The translations under genes and the position numbers were made by a program. Shown in pieces: positions 55,076-64,000 of a stretch of 64,000 nt of DNA (its first letter is position 1; each line of letters begins with the position of its first letter). Location of the stretch: the NCBI GenBank assembly GCA_051294375.1, contig CM119264.1, forward strand, positions 24,897,952-24,961,951, read 5' to 3'. Source of the DNA: Paraspadella gotoi (taxonomy: Eukaryota > Animalia > Chaetognatha). Below the pieces are notes generated by a model that was given only the letters and a program-made list of their open reading frames with translations, did not search any database and was not told where the DNA came from.

Positions 55076-56542
55076 CTGTTGCATTTCAAAATCGGCGGTA
55101 TTTTGAAAGTGGGATTCCGGCACAAATAGACCCCCGCCACAATCTTCTTCCTTGTTTCCTGAGTTGGGTCCGAATCGTAAGAAAAGGAGCGTTGGCATCC
55201 GCTACACCGCCATCTCATGCGGAGACTGCCTCCTCTTCTACGGGTCGCTTGTTGAGTTGGGACCCACTCAGCCTTTCCATCGCAATTACAAGCCTAAGAG
55301 GAAAATTTAATTTTCAAGTTTTTCCTAATATCATCCAAATATGTCGAACTACTCAAAAAAGTAATGCAGTTACTAGTTAGGAGCAGCTGTTAACTTTACT
55401 TATTTAACATAATACTATTATTGGCAACCCTGCCGGTGCCGGAGCAGGAGAGGGAAGTTTCGCTAAGAATCCTCGTACATTTTTTTGGTACTTTTTCATT
55501 TTCAACTTACCCTTGTATGAGCCATTATAAAATTTTATTATCATTATCATTTATTATAAAGCTCCATTTTAATGGTGCAACAAGTTATTTTCACTTTGCC
55601 AACATCCTTGTCAAATTACCTCGTTGAACGACTTCGACAATTTTAATAAACTATCGATCGTTGCCAAAAATGGTTGGTTTGGGTCAACTGCAAATCTCGA
55701 CGAGATATTCGCAACATCTTCATATTCGTCGTCGTCAACGGACAAGTTCTCGGACGAGTTCTCATCGCTTGAATTGTCCGAGACGTCGTTCTCGTTCTCG
55801 CTGCACTCATAATCGTCGTCGCTTTGGTCATCGCTGCCATTCGAAGACGAATCTTCATCGGCTCCGTCACTCAGCGAAACTGACCTAAGTAAAAACTTAT
55901 ATAATATCAGCACTGTTTTAATTTTTGCCCATATATATATGATATGATATGATATGGGCGAAAATTAAAACAGTGCTTTCAATTTTCAATTTTCAATTTT
56001 AGGGGTGTTTAGGGATAAGGATGGTTAAGGTTAGCGGGTCTCCAGGCAAAAAAAAAAGTTTTCTTCTCTAACCATTGTTCTTTTTTTCTTTTTTGCATAA
56101 CGATATTTCTATACTTCACTCATAGGAATCGAAAAACAAATAACTGACAGGAAAATCCCAGTTGACGGATTCAAAATTTTTTACGATATCATATCATATC
56201 ATATCATATCAGATCATATACTTTATAAACTAGTTAATTTGAATTTTTTTTAATTACCCGCCTAAATCTTGCTCGTGGCAAGGGGCGTCGAAAAGTTGGG
56301 GAATTTGCTTCCTTTTTTCCATTGGGGAAAGGGACTCTGAAGCATAAATTAAAAATTTAATCGTTATAAAGAACTTTCAAAAAATGTATTTCATCCTATT
56401 TATCCCATAATTGATACTGACCAGGTATGATATCCGTTTTTCTTGGCCGTCCACGTTTCTTCGGGACAGTAGGGGATGTCTTTTTTCCCCATCGCGCTAA
56501 GACTGCTGCCAAAGCCCTTTTTTTCCTCGAAAATTTGGACAT
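55076..56542 (-). CDS. Spliced transposase-like N-terminus (AT-hook, acidic tract, CxC...CxxC), Kolobok/Mutator-like; truncated or degraded
   Basis: Exons 56542-56422 (MSKFSRKKRAL...PKKRGRPRK), 56336-56258, 55884-55620 (D/E/S-rich, then FLATIDSLLKLSKSFNE) and 55293-about 55076 (ACNCDGK...GGSLRMRWRCSGCQRSFSYDSD...RKKIVAG) join with GT-AG and phases 1, 2, 0. No catalytic DDE region recognised. Confidence 0.6.
55909..55977. repeat. 69-bp hairpin with 26-bp arms in intron 2 of the transposase-like gene; copy about 50053-50120
   Basis: AGCACTGTTTTAATTTTTGCCCATAT pairs with ATATGGGCGAAAATTAAAACAGTGCT (1 mismatch) around an (ATATG)n loop. Confidence 0.85.
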
Positions 56543-57383
56543 TGTAATCTAACTAACAAATCTAACAAGGCAAAAACACGGTAAAGGGAATTTTTAGCAC
56601 CAAAATTCTCGAAGGGAGCTTCGATGTTTCCCGTCATTGGTTTTTAATCACGGTGCTGTACCATGCGTTTTAGTTGAAATAAAGTAAGAAAAGTTTGAGA
56701 GAAAAAGTTCAGATAGAATACGGAATAATATTTATGGAAACAAAAAATTCATAATTCCAAAAGGAAAAAAAATTCAATTGATGCATTCACTAGTACCAGT
56801 TAAAATTTCTATACATTTCGATGGATGGAATTAACAAATGAATCACATTTTATTATTTTTTTCTAAGCTAAATATTAACAGTCCATTTGACCATATTATT
56901 TGTATTTTTTTGCCTACCAAGATCCAAGCATTTTACAAAAAGCATGCATGCAAATGTAGATAGGGAAACTTTTATTTAGAAAGCATCATTCCTGTTGGAG
57001 GTACTTTTTTTTTATTAAAAAAAAATTTTGATTTATATATATCCGTATTCCGTAACCAGATTTTGAAAAAAATAAAAACTTTCAATGGGAAAAATTATAG
57101 TTTAAGAAAAAAAATTTAATTGGCTACCCAGAGTAATACAAAAACAAATGACTCAGACCCCTTAAACAAACTATCAGGCGATTAATCGACGGAAAACGGC
57201 TTTCAGGCGCTTTAGCCGGAAAATAGCCTGGCGAGCAAAGTTTGACGATTTAAGGAGCTATCGCTCTCCATTGAGTCTCTCACTCTCTCTCTCTGTTTGT
57301 CAGAGAGCGAGGGTGAAGTTTTCCTTACCGGGATTTATATCCAATTTGGCGAAATCCCGCCACTCTCTCTCTCTCTCTCTACT

Positions 57384-57458
<75 letters not shown>

Positions 57459-57613
57459 TTCCTCGTTTTTAAAAATTAGAAAAATTTGAAAAATTGCAAG
57501 ATTACTTGTTTTATTGTATTAGACTTTAATATTTTATATTAAAATTTAATTTAATTAATTTTATTTCTTAAAAATTAACTCTAACTACAAAACATGCCGG
57601 TTAGAAAAAAAGA

Positions 57614-57838
57614 GTGCAACTGATGTGTTAAAAAGTGAATTCCCTTTTCACAAGGGTGCAACCGATCTCTTGCACAAACGAAAGAGCTTCTATTCAAAAT
57701 TGATATCGATTTCCACCCAAATGCAACTGATTCTTCACTCTACCACAAGACCTTCTATTCAGAAGTGATTTCCTATTCACCAAAGTGCAACTCATTCTTC
57801 ATTCTACCACAAGAGTTTCTATTCAGAACTGATCTCCT
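57614..57838 (+). repeat. 64-65-bp tandem repeat, about 3.5 copies
   Basis: (G/A)TGCAAC at 57656, 57721, 57785, each followed by TTCTATTCA(A/G)AA. Confidence 0.8.
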
Positions 57839-58884
57839 CGATCTCTACTCGACCAGACTTTTCCACTCGGAACCAACTTTTTTTCGTCGAATCAGCGATT
57901 TTCCTTTCTCTGGTCGAGGGTAAACATTACGAGGAAAAAAAGAGCAATTTTGTGGGGTGTGTGAAAGGGAGGGGAGTGAAAGGAGAGAGGGGTGGGGGTA
58001 GAAAAAAGGTGGAGTGATGGAGTGATCGTAGATTGATGGGAGAGATGTTATATAAAGGGTTGAAAAGAGGAGAAGACCGCTGTAGTGAAAATATGTAATA
58101 TTAAAAAAATTCTGACAATAAATAAATGCTAGATCAAAATAACAAATTTCGGGTATTTAGATTCAAAATTAATCATTAAAGAAATATAGTTTAATAAAAT
58201 GACTGTATCTGATATCATACAAAAAAAGATGAGTATTAAAGTGTAGCAAAGAATTAAAAGTGTCCCTCAAAAGTGGAGCTAAAAAGGTAGAGAAAATAAC
58301 TTAGAGAAATCCGTCAAAAGTAAAGAAAAGATAAAGGAAGATCGGAAAACCCACATTTCTTGAGAATAATGGAGGCGACGCGCGAGGGCGGAATTTGAAA
58401 GCGAGAAAATCACGGGTGACAAATTAAAGGGAGATTTTCTCGACTGAAAAGCGAAGAAAGAATTTGAAGGATCAAAGATTCTCGCTCTTCTTGAACTCGA
58501 GTGGAGGAATTTTTAGGACAAAATTTTAATCACTCATTAGAAAAAAATATTTCATTGTTATCCTAAATTTAAATCTAGAAAATAATTATCATGGGAGCGA
58601 TTGATGTTAAAAATTATATTCTGTTGCAACTCCTTTTGCAGATTTCATGAAATTAAATACCTTGAACTTTGGTACATTTTTAATATTGTCATGAAATTAA
58701 ATACCTTTAGCCAATCGAGCGAATAAGTCTTATACTAGTGAAAACCAAAAATGGCAAGAAAATGGATAGCGATTATTGTTTAGGGAAAAAAGCGGCAAAG
58801 TCGTAGACACTGGTGTTAGCAAACAGAGTGAAAAATTAGAACAAACATTGATTAAAAACTACAAATTTTCAACCATCCCAATTA

Positions 58885-59709
58885 TCAACCGTCCAAAGGA
58901 ACTTCGTACAACTGCTCTTCATCAACGACGCTCGATTTCGTCGCGTTTCCGGCTTCCAAATCCGGAGATTTTCTTCGGGCCGAGTTGTTCTCTGGACTCT
59001 GGTCTTGAGAAGTTTCCGGATCTTCGTAGACGGCGTCGGCGGCGTCAGCTTCGGATTTGACGGCGTTGACAGCGTCCACGGCGTCATTTACATCGCGTAG
59101 TCGTGCTTCAGCGAGCGGCGTTCGAATCTGCTTCGCGTGCATAATTGCGTTCACTATAGCCAGCGCCGAGGACGTCTGTCTGCATGCGAATGCGTGCACG
59201 GCTACGCCCTCGTCCGGCGTCTTCGTCGCCAGCACGAAAAATACGGCGTCGACTGCTTCATCGTCGCCGCCTGCTGCTACGTCGACCAGAGAAAACGCCG
59301 GTTCGGCGACGCCGCCAGTTTTTTGACGCCGCCGACGCGTCACCGCTTCGTAGTGGACGACATCGGCGACGGGAATTTCCGCGACGCCAGAGACGCGACT
59401 CAGAGTGACGGCGGCGTGACGGACGGCGACCGACGCCGGGGCGCCGTCCAAGTCGCCACTGGCGATGGTTTTCAACGGCGCGTGGAGCGGCTTGTTGCCG
59501 TACTGGAGCGAGGAGACTCTGGTGGAGCCGACGTAGAGGACGTGACATTCGCAGAGAACGTCGTCGTCGTTGACGCAGTCGCAATGGGAGGAGGAAGAGG
59601 AAGAGGATAATATGTTGGGGGAGGAGATGGAGGAAAATGTGGGAGTGGATGACAAGGGTCGACTGAACATGCCGATCGATTCGGGCGACTCTGTCTCTTT
59701 CGTATCCAT
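58885..59709 (-). CDS. PTB/PID-like domain adaptor protein, single coding exon, 274 aa
   Basis: ATG-to-stop GC-rich ORF; CHVLYVGS start and VHAFACRQTSSALAIVNAI end match the PTB-fold pattern; Ser-rich N-terminus; tail motifs DAVYEDP and EQLYEVP. Confidence 0.75.
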   Translation of the reverse strand: MDTKETESPESIGMFSRPLSSTPTFSSISSPNILSSSSSSSHCDCVNDDDVLCECHVLYVGSTRVSSLQYGNKPLHAPLKTIASGDLDGAPASVAVRHAAVTLSRVSGVAEIPVADVVHYEAVTRRRRQKTGGVAEPAFSLVDVAAGGDDEAVDAVFFVLATKTPDEGVAVHAFACRQTSSALAIVNAIMHAKQIRTPLAEARLRDVNDAVDAVNAVKSEADAADAVYEDPETSQDQSPENNSARRKSPDLEAGNATKSSVVDEEQLYEVPLDG

Positions 59710-60144
59710 GTTTGTTTTATTTTATTATTGACTATTTTTCTTATTTAAACAGTTATTTAATTGAGTTTGATTTTAATTTAGAATTAAATTAGATAAGCGA
59801 ATCGAAATAAGCGTTGGTTCGGAATTTCAGGTTTTCAGTTTCTCTTTTTTGGCGAAGGCCTTCGACGATGAAAAGGACGACGAAGACGACGACGACGACG
59901 ACGACGACAAAGACGAGGAATAAAAAGACGACGACGAAGAGGACGACCAAAAATGAGAAGACGACGATTAACGATCGTTTTGGTCCGGACCAGTTTTCTG
60001 AGATTTTCCGAGGCACTTGTCAAAGTAGTTTAATTAGACGCAGTTTTTCTCAATATATCCTTGAATTAATTGTTTTATATAACGGATCGAGATACGAAGA
60101 GAGAGAGAGAGAAGAGAGAGAGAAGAGAGAGAAAGAGAGAGATC

Positions 60145-60176
<32 letters not shown>

Positions 60177-60383
60177 TTACAAGGTGGCTGTGGAATTTTT
60201 TTTCCCAAAAAAAAATTCGAAAAAGATCACTGGAGAAAAAAAAATAAACAAAATTGGGAATTGAAAACAGCGCCATAAAAAGTCGAAGCGGGAATGGAAG
60301 GAAGCGGGGGTCTCATAAAAAATGGCGGGAATTCTCAGAAAAGAAAAAGAAAAAGAAAGTGGAAGAAGAGAGAGAGAGATAGA

Positions 60384-60436
<53 letters not shown>

Positions 60437-61452
60437 AGATGAGAAGAGAGAGAGGATGAGAGAGAGAGAGAGAAAATAAAACATTTTTTTGTGGAAATAA
60501 ACTTTTTTTTTCATTCATTTTCGTTGGAGTTTTTGATGAGACATAAAACTGGAAAGAAAAAACTTTTTTACCCAAACGATGGCAGCACTTAAATTTGGCT
60601 AAAAAAATTTAGAATAAAAAAAAAACAAAAAACAAATGACATCTCGAATCGAGAAAACGAGTTTCGTGTCAGAGTCTCATTGACTTTTTCTTTGCAGTAC
60701 GAAAGTTTTTCGGAGAGAAAACTTTGCCAAGGACGTCGCAAATTAGAGGCACTTTAATTTAAATAAAAACCATTACAAGGAAAATTACGTCGAAAAGTCG
60801 AGGCGAAAGTAGAAAGCGCTTTGTAATTTTTTTCTTTATAGTTTTGGGTTGTTTTTTTTTAAGTGAGGGAATGTCAACTTAAAACAAAAGAAAAAGATTG
60901 GAAAATAAATGTATTTTTGATGGTCGCGCGAAACATTAACGGTGCAAACAAAAATGTTATGAGTTCATGACAGCAGACTAACAATACTCCGAATTTTCTA
61001 AAGATCTGCTATGTTTTATATCTTTAAAAAAAAAGTTAAACTTAGTAAAATTTAAAAAGAATATTTTAATTGACCAGGTAAAAGGCCAAATTTGTGAAAA
61101 ATCCATTTAATTTGATACGAATAAAATAACTTCTTTTTTAATTTACTTTTATGATATACTAAAAAAACTATCAACCAGTTACCTTGTAACCAAACCATTT
61201 ATTCTCATTCCCTCTGTCTCTTTCCCTCGCTCGGCATTGTTCGTCAAAAGTGCATAAACAAAAGCTAAGAACGGAGATAGGGAAAAAGCCGCGCAAAAAC
61301 AAAACTGTCTTCGCCACTTGGTTAAGATAATTTGTCTGTCTGCAGCTTCCTCCAAAACAATGAAAGCTTTTTTCTTCCTAACCTTTTCTATTTTCGGTAG
61401 AGAGGCGGTAAGGAGAGAATAGGATGAGAAAGATGAGATGAGAGCTGACGGA

Positions 61453-61498
<46 letters not shown>

Positions 61499-61590
61499 AG
61501 ATGAGAGAGAGAAAGGAAATGGAAAGGAGGAGGAGGGGCGGCGCCAATTGCTAAACAGCGCCGGCGCAAGAGAGCTAATGTTTCGTGAGA

Positions 61591-61665
<75 letters not shown>

Positions 61666-62654
61666 TCCCTCGCCTCGCCTTCGAAGCTGACCTCTTTGAT
61701 TTCCCTTCGACTGCCCTTTTGTCCTTTTTTCGATTCCTTCGGTTCCCGCCAGAGGCTTTTGTGTTTCGCCGTTCATTTGTTCCGGTTGTCGGCAGAGAAA
61801 AAAGAGAGAGAGAGAGAAAAAAAAGGGAAATGATTTACGTGATGAATGATTTTCGTCGGCCTTCGATTGTCGACAAACGGAGCCGAAAGGCGGCGCTGCC
61901 AGCGTCAGTTTGGAGAAGGGGGGCGGCGATGGTGGACGGGATAACAAAAGTATTAGGGGATTCATTATAAATTACTCAAGGTGGGGGCGGAGAAATACTA
62001 GTTTAAACATCCGCTGGACGGAATTGAGGGACGGCAGTACCGCAGTGGTAGCCCTTTCAGAGGACTGTGCCAAGAAACGGTCCCAGCTCCGCGAGAGTGA
62101 CGTCCTCGGGCACCGCAAAATGGCGCAGGTTGGGAGAGCGGGAGGACGCGTGCGGCCCCAGAATCGACCGGGTGGCTCAACGCGGGGGCCAGGAGGTTCG
62201 GAAATTCAGGCGCGCGTTGGGCCTCGAGGCGGAAAAGGGGAATTGGGGGCACGGCGGGCGGTGGCGGGTTGGGTGGTGGGGTGGGAGTGGGGGGATGCGG
62301 TGAACAATTGAAGATTAGGGGGCGGAGGGAATAGAAGGAATTGGAACTGGTTATAAATGTTAGGTTAAAGGTTAAGATAGGAAAGCGGTGAAGGTGATGA
62401 TGCCACTTTGAACAAGTAGGTAAGTTAGGGAAACATTAAAGTAAGGAGATATTTCTTCAAAAAGGCCATGAAGGCTGGAGGATGGGAACTACAATAAAAA
62501 AAAACATGTCGATACATATAAAAGGTAGTGCAGCATTAGTACGAAAATAGTGAAGCAAATGGAAGCGGAGTGCAAAAGTAAGTGAGAGATGGGACAAGCC
62601 AAAAATGGTGAATCGAAGGGAAGCTGTCGTTCACTAGGTAAGGGAGCGAAGGGA

Positions 62655-64000
62655 CGAAGGGGAGGAGGGGTCCAAAAGAAACTCACCAAAAAAGGTTAGG
62701 CGAGGGGGAGCCATGGTACAAAACACTGCTACCAAATGAGGTGATGCTAAGGTGAGCCGCGGTTCAAAAGAGACCTACTAAAAAGGTGAGGTGACAGGAG
62801 GCGAGGTTCAAANNNNNNNNNNNNNNNNNNNNNNNNNTGTTCTTCATCTTCTTCTTCCCTCCTTCTGATCCGTTTGCCCTTCCCCCCTCATTATGTTCCC
62901 TCACCAACCGATTCCACCCCTTTCTCACCTTTCACCAAATTAAACCTCGTCTCTCCCAGTTCCGTCTTCCAGATAAGACTCCTACTCTCGCCTCGAACCG
63001 GCGCCATCGACTGAGGACATAAATTGCTTTATATTTGATCTTCTCCATAAGGGCGAATCCAGGTTTCCGAAAGTCGATCACATATCGCGGACGCTTTTAA
63101 CCGGAGATCCCTCGCCTCACCACTTGTTGGTGAGTCACTTGTGTCGGAAGGGATTCCCCCTCGCTACTCACCAATTTTATTGGTGAGTCACTTTGAATGA
63201 GATTCCCCTGCGCTCATCTTTTTTTACGGTGAGTCACTTTTGAAGGAGATTCCGCCCCTGCGCCTCACCCTTTTTTTTGATGAGTACTTTTGGAAGGATC
63301 CCTCTCGCCTCACCTTTTATTGGATTGAAGTCCACTTTTGGACCGCGATTTCCCGCTTCACCTCACCTTTTTTGAGTGATCTCGTGTGGACCGCAGTTCT
63401 CCCACGGGCCTCGCCTTATTCTTGGTAAACTCTATCTGAACCGCGCACTTCCCCCATCGCCTCACGCTTTTTTGTGAGATCTCTTTTGACCCACTTCCCC
63501 ACACCTCACCTTCTTTGAGTGAGTCTTTTTTTTACCACGGCTCCCCTCGCTGTTCTTGATGATTCTCTTGGACCGCGTAACTTCCCCCTTTTTTTTGTGA
63601 GCTCTTTTTGGACCGCAGGTTCCCTTTGCCTCAACCTTCACTCGGTAGGTCGCTTTCGGACCATGGTTTCCCTTGCGCTCGACCTTTTTTGAGTGAGTCT
63701 CTGCGGTCCAAAAGTGACTCACCAAAAAAGGTGAGGCGAGGGGGAATCCCTTCCAAAAGTGACTCACCAAAAAAGGTGAGGCGAGGGGGATCTCCGGTTA
63801 AAGGTCCGCGATGAGATCGACTCGGAAACCCGGATTCGCCTTATGGAGAAGATAAAATATAAAAGGCAATTTAGTCTTAGTCGATGGCGCCGGATTCGGG
63901 CGAGAGGTGAGGTTATGGAAAGACCGGAACTGAGAGAGAGGTAAGGTGAAAGGTGAGGAGAAGAGGGTGGGATGGTGGTGAGGGAATAAGAGGGGGGAAG
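62655..64000. repeat. About 45-bp minisatellite array within an inverted duplication
   Basis: Unit AAAGTGACTCACCAAAAAAGGTGAGGCGAGGGGGAATCCCTTCCA at 63711 and 63756; reverse-orientation units about 63105-63700; about 63790-64000 is the reverse complement of about 62850-63110; 25-N gap at 62813-62837. Confidence 0.85.

Larger units (their letters stand above)
44446..56101 (+). repeat. 5.8-kb tandem direct duplication (44446-50241 and 50267-56101)
   Basis: Both copies start GACAAAGACAGAGACAGAGAG and end TTTTGCATAAC, joined by 25 N at 50242-50266; differences are mostly indels. Confidence 0.95.

Noticed and set aside
61910-62311. GC-rich ORFs on both strands
   Set aside because: No recognisable motif or convincing splice sites.
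63105-63790. CRISPR array (palindromic repeat units)
   Set aside because: Units are contiguous without unique spacers, there are no cas genes, and the context is eukaryotic.

Overview
Draft scaffold from a eukaryote, most likely an invertebrate animal (inferred from gene content). It has short AT-rich GT-AG introns, GC- and CpG-rich exons and very dense (GA)n/(TC)n microsatellites, which explain most ORFs in the track. Hand-spliced genes: an 8-exon secreted glycoprotein of unknown family (7514-9704 +), a convergent secreted protein with an F5/8-type-C/galactose-binding-like domain (10140-11483 -), a secreted cyclase-family metal amidohydrolase (26727-28055 +), a single-exon C-type lectin with a Tyr/His-rich leader (36879-37553 +) and a single-exon PTB-like adaptor (58885-59709 -). 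Largely missed by the ORF track is a spliced AT-hook/acidic/Cys-cluster transposase-like gene (about 55076-56542 -) with a candidate TTAA|GGGG Kolobok-type end. There are also a tRNA-derived SINE and a probable distant relative, a shared dispersed repeat, a MITE-like element with telomere-like repeats and a hairpin-unit minisatellite. Roughly a quarter of the window is duplicated, and most duplications abut gaps of exactly 25 N and differ by indels, so they are probably gap-filling or chimera artefacts. No rRNA, intact tRNA or CRISPR array was seen. Family assignments come from motif recognition, not database searches.
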